55,299 bases of DNA from an uncultured Roseovarius sp. (GCA_937884705.1 CAKZYL010000458.1:1-55299); one strand, 5' to 3'. Shown: positions 8,818 to 17,925, counted from the first letter of the stretch. Notes: a model not told the origin generated them from the letters alone. A program made the numbers and translations.

Positions 8818-9252
8818 ATGAACGATGATCGGGGTGTTGTTCAGAAACTAGAGCGTCGGGCGCCAACAGAAGTCGAGAAGATCATAGGGCAACGTATCAG
8901 GCTCCGGCGGCGATCTCTGAAGCTGAGCCAAGAAGCACTTGGAGAGGTTTGCGGCCTCTCCCCTCAGCAAATTCACAAATATGAGAATGGGTTCAGCCGT
9001 ATTAGCGTTGGACGCCTCATGCAGCTGGCGGAAGCCCTGGGCGCCACTGTCGAGTGGTTCTTTGAGGGCCTGGGAGAAAGGCAAGGCGATCCGGATGACG
9101 TTATGCACATGATCGCCAAGCCAGAATACACAGAGCTTATGCTGCTTTTGGAAGATCTGGACGACAACAGCTTCACCAACAGTGTTCTTGAGATGGTGAA
9201 GTATCGCGTACGCTCGTTAGAGGCCAGACCGGAAAGGGCGGCTAGTGCTTAG
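8818..9252 (+). CDS. XRE-family HTH regulator
   Basis: IGQRIRLRR...LSQEALGEVCGLSPQQIHKYENGFSRISVGRL...WFFEG; GAGG upstream of ATG at 8818. Confidence 0.88.
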   Translation: MNDDRGVVQKLERRAPTEVEKIIGQRIRLRRRSLKLSQEALGEVCGLSPQQIHKYENGFSRISVGRLMQLAEALGATVEWFFEGLGERQGDPDDVMHMIAKPEYTELMLLLEDLDDNSFTNSVLEMVKYRVRSLEARPERAASA

Positions 9253-9712
9253 GATTTTGGGCGCTGCAACGCTAGGTCTCGTTGGGATTTCTGGAAGCGC
9301 CACCGCGTCGTGGGTTGAGATCACGAGCTGCAGTAGCCTAAGCGGAATGGCATACTATTTACCTGGCCCCTTGGTTCCTGCAGACAAGGCCGGATGGCAG
9401 GAGGATGCAATCTCCAAGGGAAGCACCACATTGCTTTCTGACGGCAAAAACTTTGACATTGTTTTCAAAGACGCTGCCGGGCGGCAAAGGTCGGTGCGTT
9501 TCCACGAGAAGGCGATAGTGAAGTCACGGATTAACACCCATCTAACCGTCATGGTTACGTATCCGAAAGGTAACCAGAGGAGTGGTGTAAGTTCAGAGCA
9601 ATATACCTTTCGGCTATCCCGTAAAGGAGATGGCATCATGATTCTGAGCCAGCAGCGGGATGCACTTATCTCAAAGGTCTCCGTAATGGCAGGTGCTTGT
9701 AAAGCAAAGTAA
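9245..9712 (+). CDS. Secreted/periplasmic protein
   Basis: N-terminal signal peptide ending ATA; two Cys near the termini. Confidence 0.6.
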   Translation: MLRILGAATLGLVGISGSATASWVEITSCSSLSGMAYYLPGPLVPADKAGWQEDAISKGSTTLLSDGKNFDIVFKDAAGRQRSVRFHEKAIVKSRINTHLTVMVTYPKGNQRSGVSSEQYTFRLSRKGDGIMILSQQRDALISKVSVMAGACKAK

Positions 9713-9733
9713 TAAGCAACCCGATGCCCGCAA

Positions 9734-10354
9734 TTACAGCTCTTTAAAGACTCCGACGGCTCTAGCGAGGATGTGGTTGGGATGCTCCTCGTTCGCTGTC
9801 ATTTCCGGATAATCCGTATTGTCAAAACGGAGTATGAAACTCTCTCGGCTGTTCGGCTTTAGTGGCCGATACCTGCCGATGTATGCGGTTTCTTCATCTG
9901 GTGACGAAACGAGTATGAGTTTTCCGGGTTGCAGGTCTGCGCCTACATCGAAGACCACAACATGGCCCTCACCGATCTCAGGAACGTTCGCAGTATCTTC
10001 ACTCGTTACGCCGAAGCACCGCTCTGGGTGTTTTACTGGCACAACTATTGTTTTCTCTACTACAACATCAGTGAGGATCTTTTTACCATCCGTGAAGGCA
10101 CTTACACCATGGATGCTAAGTAGAGGAATCGAGTGAACCTCCACTGTGGGGACAGGTATGTCACCAAAACGGAGATATTTCTCTGTCACTCCGACAGCGC
10201 CAGACAGCCGCTCGAGGACTGTTCCTCGCGGATTCTGAGTTTCACCTTTCAGGTAGCCATAGATCGACTTCGCCGGAACTTTAGAGAGCTTAGCTAGCTC
10301 CTCAACGTCCAAGCCTTCGCGTTCCATGGCTTTTGCAAGCCGCTCCCACCACAT
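9734..10354 (-). CDS. cI: CI-like repressor (HTH plus degenerate S24 domain)
   Basis: XRE HTH, IPLL linker, S24-like C-terminus; divergent from cro; ATG at 10354. Confidence 0.85.
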   Translation of the reverse strand: MWWERLAKAMEREGLDVEELAKLSKVPAKSIYGYLKGETQNPRGTVLERLSGAVGVTEKYLRFGDIPVPTVEVHSIPLLSIHGVSAFTDGKKILTDVVVEKTIVVPVKHPERCFGVTSEDTANVPEIGEGHVVVFDVGADLQPGKLILVSSPDEETAYIGRYRPLKPNSRESFILRFDNTDYPEMTANEEHPNHILARAVGVFKEL

Positions 10355-10368
10355 GTGGCGCAACCTAC

Positions 10369-10427
10369 CCCTGAATTTTTCAGTGTGTTTCCAAATATTC
10401 CATCTTGTAATTCCGGATAATCCGGAA
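10369..10427. promoter_or_regulatory. cI/cro operator region
   Basis: Palindrome TTCCGGATAATCCGGAA (10411-10427) and CTGAATTTTTCAG core (10371-10383). Confidence 0.7.
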
Positions 10428-10439
10428 TAGCGTCTGGAT

Positions 10440-10700
10440 ATGCGGAAGAACCCACGAGAGATTATTGATGCATGCGGCGGTCCATCGGCCATCGCTGCAA
10501 AGTCATGCGCATTCGAGACGAGTCAGAGGGTGTCAGCCAAGGCCGTCTACGACTGGCAAGACAACGGCATACCAGAGAAGCGCTGGCCCATCATCATGTC
10601 TCTCACGGATATCACTGAGGCAGAGCTTCACGCTGCCAACGAAGCAGTCCGCACCAAAAAAAAGGGATCTGAAATGCAGTCTGAAGCACACGCAGCTTGA
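10440..10700 (+). CDS. cro: Cro-like protein
   Basis: IIDACGGPSAIA...AVYDWQDNGIP...W; divergent from cI. Confidence 0.8.
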   Translation: MRKNPREIIDACGGPSAIAAKSCAFETSQRVSAKAVYDWQDNGIPEKRWPIIMSLTDITEAELHAANEAVRTKKKGSEMQSEAHAA

Positions 10701-10806
10701 TGCGCGATACAGGCAAGGCGGCAGACACCTTCACGCGACCCTGTGAGGTGACTGGCCACGTAACCCGGACAACTCCGGGGATCTGCCGCTTTTCCTTTGC
10801 CGCGCA
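10701..10806 (+). ncRNA. Candidate multibranch RNA structure downstream of cro
   Basis: GCGGCAGA/TCTGCCGC (10718-10725/10782-10789) encloses hairpins at 10726-10750 and 10764-10779; outer TGCGCG/CGCGCA pairing possible. Confidence 0.4.
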
Positions 10807-11106
10807 CTTCCATCCACGGCCAGTTAGGCGGTCGGACTGAGGTCAGAAAGGCGGGATGACATGTTCCTGTGCGCGGTCCCTTTTGGGGGTCTTCTTGGGA
10901 CCAGATCCTGCCGAGCCTAACGCGTTTGTACCGGAGTTTTAGTTTCTAGCATGTCCTCGTCCGGGCTGCGGGTATCCCCATGCCCAAAAGCTCGGACGCA
11001 GGGACCAGTATTCCAGCGTATTTCGGAAAAGAAAAAGCCCGCCAATTTGTGCGGTCGGCGGGCTGAACTCGGTGCATCGAGTAACCTTTGATGAGGTATG
11101 TAATTT

Positions 11107-11925
11107 ATGAACGACAAAACCGACAAAAGCAAGGCGGGTTACGTCAAAATACACCGCTCAATGTTCGACAATCCACTGTTTTCAAGACATCCAGAATTCA
11201 TTGGTCCGTGGGTTTGGATGATTGCCGAGGCGCGATTTAAGGCTAATGGAATTGGCCGTGGCCAACTGCGTTTATCAAAGCGCGAACTCCATAAGAAATT
11301 CACTTATTTAAGCGTCTCAAAATGCGAGCGATTTCTGGGCCACTGCGTGAGCCACTACATGGTAGAAATCGAGCCACAAAGTGGGACAAAGCTGAGCCTC
11401 GTAACCATCTGTAATTACGAGAAATATCAGCACCTAGAAACATCTAGTGAGCCACTAGGTGAGCCACAAGGGGCGAAAATCGAGCCACAAAGTGAGCCAT
11501 CTTATAAGAATGTTTCTAAGAATGATAAGAAAGAAGAGAATACGTCCGTTCCGGACGACGTGCGCGCCGCTTTTGCAAAGTTCATAGCATTTGCCGATCA
11601 CACGGGTTTGCCAAAACCTGGAAAGCTCTCTGCTAAGCGAAAACAGAAAATCAAGGCGCGTCTGAACGAGCATGGCCTCGAAAACTGGATTGTTGCTCTT
11701 AGGCGAGCTGCGAAATCGGATTTCATTCGTTCTGCACGTTGGTTCACGATCGATTGGCTGGCGGCTAACGAAACCAACATCACAAAAGTTCTCGAAGGCA
11801 ACTACGACAACAAGCAAAAGCCGCAAGAGCAAACCGCGGACGAGAAGTTTATCGAACGCGTCAGGCGTGAAAACGAGGGTCAGCCGCTACCAATGCCGGC
11901 CAATGGTGGGAGTTTGTTACAGTGA
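11107..11925 (+). CDS. Phage replication initiator
   Basis: GYVKIHRS N-terminus, VTICNYEKYQ, FTIDWL...KVLEGNYDN C-terminus; internal iterons; directly before the helicase. Confidence 0.85.
   Translation: MNDKTDKSKAGYVKIHRSMFDNPLFSRHPEFIGPWVWMIAEARFKANGIGRGQLRLSKRELHKKFTYLSVSKCERFLGHCVSHYMVEIEPQSGTKLSLVTICNYEKYQHLETSSEPLGEPQGAKIEPQSEPSYKNVSKNDKKEENTSVPDDVRAAFAKFIAFADHTGLPKPGKLSAKRKQKIKARLNEHGLENWIVALRRAAKSDFIRSARWFTIDWLAANETNITKVLEGNYDNKQKPQEQTADEKFIERVRRENEGQPLPMPANGGSLLQ
11349..11500 (+). repeat. Iterons / probable replication origin
   Basis: GAGCCAC at 11349, 11371, 11449, 11461, 11482, variants at 11394 and 11494; 18-mer AAATCGAGCCACAAAGTG at 11366 and 11477; AT-rich tract follows. Confidence 0.75.
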
Positions 11926-13283
11926 ACTACATGGAAATCGATGTTGAGTTGATTGCTTTGGGTGCTGTCATGCTCAACCACAACCAAATCGATCGCTGGA
12001 AGCTTCGTGCAACGGACTTCTCGAACGTGGTCAACCGGCATGTGTTCGATATCATCGAAGAGCATCATCGCCGCGGAGAAACGCTTACAGCCGGCATGAT
12101 CGAGTCGATGGTCGATGCCGATGAAATGGCGGATGACGAATTTACTGTTCGCCAGCAGATCCGTTTTGCCATGTCATTCGGAATTCAGCATGCAACGCCT
12201 GGAATTGGCGAAAGGCTCAGGGAAGTCTCTGCCAAGCGTGCCGTCAACCAAATTGGCAATGAACTTCGATACGGAGCGATCGGAGACCAGTCCGCTGAAG
12301 CTATGCTTGAGAACGTGCGCGGCAACCTGGAACAGATCGTTGATCGTTCAGTCGATGACGAGAGTTTTGAACTGATCGGAGATGTCAGCGCTGAGATCGT
12401 TCAGGACATCATGGACGGCGTTGTGCCGGAAGAGACCTTCACGGGCTCTCAGGTGCTCACGAGGCAGCTTGGAGGCTACCAGCCTGGAGAGCTGATCATC
12501 ATTGCCGGGCGACCGTCTATGGGCAAAAGCATGGTTGCGCAATCCCTTGGCCTTCACATGGCAAAGAAGGGCATCGGCGTTGTGATGTTCAGCCTTGAAA
12601 TGAGCTCCAAGGAGCTTGGATACCGGTCTCTGTCCGATCTTATCTGGACGCATGAACGACGGGTTTCTTATCAACAGATCCGCAACCGCGATCTGAGTGA
12701 AAACGAAGTGGAACTACTCGGCAAAGGCGGTGCCCATCTACGCACCTTGCCTTTCATTGTCGACGATCGTGCCGGCCTGTCTCTGGACGAAATAGGTTTT
12801 GAGATCCGCAAACACAAGCAGCGCCTGGCGCGCACGAAATCCCCTCTCAAGGTCGTGTTTGTCGACCATATCGGCCATGTGAAACCATCGGACCGCTACA
12901 AGGGTAACAAGACCAACGAGGTCGGAGAAGTCAGCGCGGGCCTGCTCAAACTGGCCAAGGATCTGGACATTACCGTTGTCGCTCTCTGCCAACTCAACCG
13001 CGGACCGGAAAACCGCGAAGAGAAGCGGCCAACGCTAGCGGATCTCCGCAACTCCGGAGACATCGAACAAGACGCCAATACCGTCATGTTTGTCTATCGC
13101 GATGCCTATTACGTCGAGCGTCAAAACTTCAACGACGACGCGGAAAAGCAGGCAACTCTCCGCCACTGCCAGAACAAGCTGGAAATCCTCATAGCGAAGA
13201 ACCGCCGCGGCTCAACAGAGACCGTGCACATGTTTTGTGATCCTGCGTGCAACGTCATTAGAGACCTGGAGAGAGCCGCATGA
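11922..13283 (+). CDS. dnaB: DnaB-like replicative helicase
   Basis: AGRPSMGKS, FSLEMS, VFVDHI, QLNR, DLRNSGDIEQDA, AKNRRG. Confidence 0.95.
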   Translation: MNYMEIDVELIALGAVMLNHNQIDRWKLRATDFSNVVNRHVFDIIEEHHRRGETLTAGMIESMVDADEMADDEFTVRQQIRFAMSFGIQHATPGIGERLREVSAKRAVNQIGNELRYGAIGDQSAEAMLENVRGNLEQIVDRSVDDESFELIGDVSAEIVQDIMDGVVPEETFTGSQVLTRQLGGYQPGELIIIAGRPSMGKSMVAQSLGLHMAKKGIGVVMFSLEMSSKELGYRSLSDLIWTHERRVSYQQIRNRDLSENEVELLGKGGAHLRTLPFIVDDRAGLSLDEIGFEIRKHKQRLARTKSPLKVVFVDHIGHVKPSDRYKGNKTNEVGEVSAGLLKLAKDLDITVVALCQLNRGPENREEKRPTLADLRNSGDIEQDANTVMFVYRDAYYVERQNFNDDAEKQATLRHCQNKLEILIAKNRRGSTETVHMFCDPACNVIRDLERAA

Positions 13284-13550
13284 GCTGTCACGATTGCAAG
13301 GGCTGCATAGCCAAGATCTGCCGCGACCCAGAGAGCTTCAGAAATGGCCGTCCGGTCCTAAAGGGCATGACCTGCTCAAAGTTTGAGTCTGAGAAAGAGC
13401 AGGAGGCAGCGTGATCAGCACTAGAGCGCAATTCTTATTGCTGGCTGTCATCGTGTTCGTGGGTGCCCTCACGATCTACCTGGAACCCGCCCCCGGCCCT
13501 CAGATTACTGTTGTGAAAACAAAGCAGATAGACGCAAGGAAGTTACTCAA

Positions 13551-13973
13551 ATGAGAGCAGGAAGACGTGGATTTTTGAAAGCTCTCGCCATGGCGCCGGC
13601 TGCGCTCCCAGTTGCCGCTAAGGCAGCCGCTCAAAAGATGGGGTTGTCTGATGCGATAACGATCGGGCCCGCACATGAATCGGATCTAAGTTTTTCCGAG
13701 GGGCCCTGCAACACGGTTGCAGATGACGGTGAATGGGCTCGAAACGCCCTTAAGGAGATGTTTTCTTCGGAGGCTGTCAAGGATCGAAAGCATCGGGCCA
13801 AGCGGATGGCCATGACATTGGACCCCGATCTAGCGGCGAACCACTCTATGTCGCCGGTTGCCGCCTACAGCATTCAGATCGAGCGCAATTACAAGCGGAT
13901 TACGGAAGAGCAAAAGAGCTGGTATTCGCGGGAAATCGAAGAGCACGCAAAACAAATGTTCAAACTGCAATGA
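13551..13973 (+). CDS. Protein with twin-arginine signal
   Basis: GRRGFLKALA followed by an Ala-rich hydrophobic stretch. Confidence 0.6.
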   Translation: MRAGRRGFLKALAMAPAALPVAAKAAAQKMGLSDAITIGPAHESDLSFSEGPCNTVADDGEWARNALKEMFSSEAVKDRKHRAKRMAMTLDPDLAANHSMSPVAAYSIQIERNYKRITEEQKSWYSREIEEHAKQMFKLQ

Positions 13974-14106
13974 CCTCCCACATCAAAGGCTTTGTCCTCA
14001 AGGACGGCAAGCTAGTCAAAAAGAAGTCCCGCAAGACACCAGTTCAGCACGCACGCGAGCGTAAATCAAAGAAACAAACAGTCATATCAAGAGCAAAGGC
14101 AATTTC

Positions 14107-14625
14107 ATGTTCTGGTACGTTTGGCGCTGCAAGCCCAACCAAGAAATAGGCCGATACGAGAATGGTGAGTGTATCCGCAAGGGCGCGCGGGAAGAGTTGC
14201 AGGAGCTCGGCATGCAAGTTGTCTGCCCGACAATTCCAGAGTTCAAGAGATTCAAGAAAGCCGGCAAACGCGAAACCGAGAGGGCGCTTTTTCGCGGGTA
14301 TGTCATCGCTGGTTCCCCTATCATTAAGTGGATGCAGCTCGCAGACCTAGCTCGTAACTCCAATAAGGCATTGCTTGGCGTTGTTTGCATCGGCAATGGG
14401 CCCGCTCGCATCAGCGAGACAATAGTGCAGCACCTATCAGGACGCACATGGCAGACCGGAGAGAAGTTCAAATCAGGGGATGAGGTTCGAGTAAAGGAAG
14501 GGCCGTTCTTTGGTCAGGTGGCCAAAATAGAGAGTCTGGACGACGAGCGGGCGGTTATGCTTGTGAGCATGCTAGGCCAATCGGTTCGAGTTTCGGTCGA
14601 TATCGATGTGCTCGAAGAAGTGTGA
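14107..14625 (+). CDS. NusG-like antiterminator (NGN plus KOW)
   Basis: WYVWRCKPNQE, ALFRGYVI, GDEVRVKEGPFFG KOW motif; occupies the position of lambda Q. Confidence 0.88.
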   Translation: MFWYVWRCKPNQEIGRYENGECIRKGAREELQELGMQVVCPTIPEFKRFKKAGKRETERALFRGYVIAGSPIIKWMQLADLARNSNKALLGVVCIGNGPARISETIVQHLSGRTWQTGEKFKSGDEVRVKEGPFFGQVAKIESLDDERAVMLVSMLGQSVRVSVDIDVLEEV

Positions 14626-14669
14626 TAAGAACGGAGCTCATTTGCAGCTTGCAACGGTAGAATGAATAG

Positions 14670-14942
14670 GTGAGCTCTATGAATACAAGCAAAGACCGGG
14701 GACATGACGCACAGCTACTCGGCGCGAAGATCCAAAACGATTCCAGGCTTGCAAACCGCATTGCGGAGCCCATCGCTCAACTAGCTGAGGCAACGCGCCT
14801 GCACACCGATGCAGTTAAAGAGCAAACCAAAGCGTTAGAGAAAGCTATAGCAACCGCGGCAAAGGTTGGGCCTTGGGCAATGGCAGCGGTGATCATTGCC
14901 GGAGTGGGCGTGGCCTGGCAGATAATCCACTCCCTTCTATAG
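14670..14942 (+). CDS. Hypothetical protein with C-terminal transmembrane helix
   Basis: Coiled coil followed by a hydrophobic tail. Confidence 0.5.
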   Translation: MSSMNTSKDRGHDAQLLGAKIQNDSRLANRIAEPIAQLAEATRLHTDAVKEQTKALEKAIATAAKVGPWAMAAVIIAGVGVAWQIIHSLL

Positions 14943-14950
14943 GTGCATAA

Positions 14951-15229
14951 ATGACCGTCTTAGAGATATTGGAATGGCTGAACAGTCTCGGCTGGATAAC
15001 AATAGCGGGCGGGGCAGTTCTGGGCGTCATCGTCGCAACAGTTTGGTGTGAAATTGAGAATTTCATCAAACTACGCCGTTCGATAATTGATAGAGAACGG
15101 CGAGAAGAGTTGCACAAGAAGAGGTTTGCTGAACGCGAGGATCGAGCAGCGGCTGAGTTTGGATGTGCCGTTCTATATAATGCACAGACGGATCTGTTTA
15201 TTCCGGTGAAAAGGCAAAAGAATAAATGA
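14951..15229 (+). CDS. Hypothetical membrane protein
   Basis: N-terminal hydrophobic helix; AGGTG upstream. Confidence 0.55.
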   Translation: MTVLEILEWLNSLGWITIAGGAVLGVIVATVWCEIENFIKLRRSIIDRERREELHKKRFAEREDRAAAEFGCAVLYNAQTDLFIPVKRQKNK

Positions 15230-15281
15230 GTGTTTTCGGGAACTCACCTTGGAATTGAGGCGGAGATCCAACAGCAAAGCG

Positions 15282-15310
15282 TTGACATTTGGTGCGAATA
15301 CAGGCATGCG
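15282..15310 (+). promoter_or_regulatory. Probable late promoter
   Basis: TTGACA at 15282-15287, about 130 nt before a terminator; -10 element weak. Confidence 0.4.
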
Positions 15311-15413
15311 CGATTAATCATTTGTTCCCGCAGTCGGGCTGCGCTGTTCGTATGCCTTACCGTGCTGCAAAATAGGCTGCGTTTCGCCAGAGGCGAAGCT
15401 ATGCGCAGATGAC

Positions 15414-15435
15414 AAGGCCCTACGGGGCCTTTTTT
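15414..15435 (+). terminator. Intrinsic terminator before the late genes
   Basis: AAGGCCC-TACG-GGGCCTT followed by a T run. Confidence 0.8.
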
Positions 15436-15565
15436 GATTCCCGCTCGGCCAGACACGATGACCACTTCACACAATGCGCTGCTGCACGACATCGATGTCA
15501 CCGGGTGGAAACAACGCTAACGCAACTCCCTCATCAGTAATCCCCCGCAGCTGAACGGTTAGTGA

Positions 15566-16066
15566 ATGCCCGATATAACGGCGGAAAGACTTCGACAGCT
15601 TCTGAACTACAATCCTGAAACAGGTGAATTCGTCTGGGCTGTCACAAGAGGAAGTCGGGCGATGGCAGGAACGATCACAAGCTGCTGCTCATCGCACGGG
15701 TACAGAGTCATAAGAATAGACAATCAGTTGATTATGGCGCATCGCCTAGCATGGCTCTATGTCCATGGAGAATTGCCGAGCGGTGAAATTGATCACATCA
15801 ATGGCGACCGATCAGACAACCGTTTGGCTAACCTGAGATTGGCCACGCGAGTTCAGAACAATCAAAACACAAAGACCAGAACGGACAACACGTCCGGCCA
15901 CAAAGGCGTTTGCTTTCACAAGCAAGCGGGCCGTTGGATGGCCTACATCAACGCATCTGGAAAGAGAACCTATTTAGGCCTGCACAACAGCAAGGAAGAA
16001 GCGGCTCAGGCATACGCAGCCGCCGCCCAGGAACTTCACGGTGAATTCGCGAGGACAGAGCAATGA
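15566..16066 (+). CDS. HNH homing endonuclease with AP2-like C-terminus
   Basis: AHRLAWLY...IDHINGDRSDNRLANLR...NTSGHKGV. Confidence 0.9.
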   Translation: MPDITAERLRQLLNYNPETGEFVWAVTRGSRAMAGTITSCCSSHGYRVIRIDNQLIMAHRLAWLYVHGELPSGEIDHINGDRSDNRLANLRLATRVQNNQNTKTRTDNTSGHKGVCFHKQAGRWMAYINASGKRTYLGLHNSKEEAAQAYAAAAQELHGEFARTEQ

Positions 16067-17124
16067 ATATCCCCGTAGGACTAAAGTGGCATTTTCGCGC
16101 GATAGCATTGCTAAGCGTTGGCGTCTTGCTTGGTGACATGATCCTATCTGCAAAGTTCGGGGCTTCAATCAGCATTGAAGTAATGCTGATCGCCGCTATG
16201 ATTTCAGTAGGGTCGGGGTTGTTGCTCGTGCTCGCGGGGTACTATTACTTCACGGGCTGGAGGCCTTTGTCGTACGGTCTTTGTGCCGTTTGGGTTCCGC
16301 TTTTTGCTTTCAATTGCATTAGCAATATGGGCGTAGCGACCGCCAACAGAATGCACGAAGTCGAAAGTGCGCACTTGAAAAAAGCCGCCTTCAATGAAAA
16401 GGACAAAGCCCGCAAAGAAGCAGAAGTCCGACTGGCAACATTCCAAAAACAGCTCGACGCATTGCTGTCCAAACACGCTTGGGCCGGGACTGTCACAGCT
16501 GATGGACTCCGCTCACAAGTGGCAGATCTCCGCAAGGCAGAGGTCTCAGAAACCGCCCTTGGCGGATGCGGACCAAAATGCCGTGGCATTCAAAACCAGA
16601 TCGTTGAAGTGCAAGGCAAGATCGCCACTGCAGAGCAACGCGCTGGCCTAGAAGGGCAAATCGCAGCCACGAAGCGAGTGCTTGCAGACGCTAGAAGCAC
16701 GGTCGCCTCTGCTGACGCTGGCCTGAGCCACACAAACAATCAATCAACGCTCTACGCGAAGTGGTTCAGGTGGACCGCGGATCCAGATGTTTCGACTATT
16801 CAAGCCGCTAACGAGGGCATGGGGATTGGCATGGCATTTGTCCTAGCTATCGCCGCGGCAGGACTTACGATCGCCGGCGCATGGCCAGCGCTTATCCAGG
16901 CTGGTCGCGAAGCTGCTGCGGGAATGAACTGGACACCGCCAGCACCAAAGCCGCCAAGTGATGAAAAGTCCTGGCTTCAAGCTTCAAACCTACCAGAACC
17001 AGCACAAGTCAATCGTGTCCCAGTTCCCAACAATGACCTAAGGGTCAGCCCAACAACCGTTGGTGAAATGAACCTTGATAAGATTAAGGGACTCCTGAAA
17101 ACTCACCGGGTCGTAGCTGCATGA
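16063..17124 (+). CDS. Multi-pass membrane protein with coiled coil
   Basis: Three N-terminal hydrophobic helices, coiled coil containing GCGPKC, late hydrophobic helix. Confidence 0.65.
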   Translation: MNIPVGLKWHFRAIALLSVGVLLGDMILSAKFGASISIEVMLIAAMISVGSGLLLVLAGYYYFTGWRPLSYGLCAVWVPLFAFNCISNMGVATANRMHEVESAHLKKAAFNEKDKARKEAEVRLATFQKQLDALLSKHAWAGTVTADGLRSQVADLRKAEVSETALGGCGPKCRGIQNQIVEVQGKIATAEQRAGLEGQIAATKRVLADARSTVASADAGLSHTNNQSTLYAKWFRWTADPDVSTIQAANEGMGIGMAFVLAIAAAGLTIAGAWPALIQAGREAAAGMNWTPPAPKPPSDEKSWLQASNLPEPAQVNRVPVPNNDLRVSPTTVGEMNLDKIKGLLKTHRVVAA

Positions 17125-17345
17125 GTACAGAAGCAAAGATCAAAGCCGGAGCTGAAGCGTTCCGCTCATGGTCGATCTACCTCATACGGTGGGTCGGCCT
17201 TCTCGCATTGATTGCGCTTGCACTCAGCGTCTTCAAGCTCCAGCCTTTCCGCATTGGTGACATATCTCTTGTCTATCCTTGGGTTCAGGGATCTTGGCAG
17301 CAACTTCTAGCTCTTTTAGCCGGGATCTATTTGTACCGAGCTTGA
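17121..17345 (+). CDS. Small membrane protein
   Basis: Two hydrophobic segments; ATGA overlap with upstream gene. Confidence 0.55.
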   Translation: MSTEAKIKAGAEAFRSWSIYLIRWVGLLALIALALSVFKLQPFRIGDISLVYPWVQGSWQQLLALLAGIYLYRA

Positions 17346-17393
17346 GAGGCCAGGGTTAGACCCTTCTTATCATTACAGGCGCAATAGAGAACG

Positions 17394-17921
17394 ATGCCGA
17401 GAACAGGAAAACCAAAAGGCAGGCCGTCAAAATACTCGGAAGCGGTGGCAAATGAAATCTGCGATCGGCTTGCTGATGGCGAAAGCCTTCTGAACATCTG
17501 CAAAGATGAACATTTGCCCAGCGAAAGAGCGGTTCGGTTCTGGGCTTATGATGAAAAACATCCTTTTTCTCCGAAATACGCCCGCGCAAGAGAGCTTGGA
17601 TATCGCCGAATGGCTGATGAATTGCTCCAGATTGCCGATGATGCAACCAGCGATATCACGAAACTTGAAAGTGATGATGGTCGCGAAGTCGTAAATCATG
17701 AACACATCGCTCGTTCTAAGCTGCGCGTTGATACTCGTAAGTGGCTTTTGTCTAAGTGTCTGCCGAAGGTCTATGGCGACAAGCTCCTAAACGAGCACTC
17801 AGGTCCGGATGGCGCTCCTATTGAAGTCCAGGACAACGAAGCTGCGCGACGTATTGCATTTATGCTTGGTCAAGCTGCCGGTCGCGGCGCGAAAGCAAAT
17901 GAGCCATCTGAGGCACAATAA
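17394..17921 (+). CDS. terS: Terminase small subunit
   Basis: GRPSKYS...ICDRLADGESL...KLRVDTRKWLLSKCLPKVYGDK. Confidence 0.88.
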   Translation: MPRTGKPKGRPSKYSEAVANEICDRLADGESLLNICKDEHLPSERAVRFWAYDEKHPFSPKYARARELGYRRMADELLQIADDATSDITKLESDDGREVVNHEHIARSKLRVDTRKWLLSKCLPKVYGDKLLNEHSGPDGAPIEVQDNEAARRIAFMLGQAAGRGAKANEPSEAQ

Positions 17922-17925
17922 TTGT

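Noticed and set aside
10171-10189. Self-targeting of cI by the pentamer array, plus a shared GGAGATATT 9-mer at 10171 and 33555
   Set aside because: The match covers only six of 13 units and such hits are expected by chance in 55 kb; kept only as a hypothesis.
10355-10492. N-terminal extension of cI in the ORF track
   Set aside because: It runs through the operators and into cro; the HTH begins at Met 10354.
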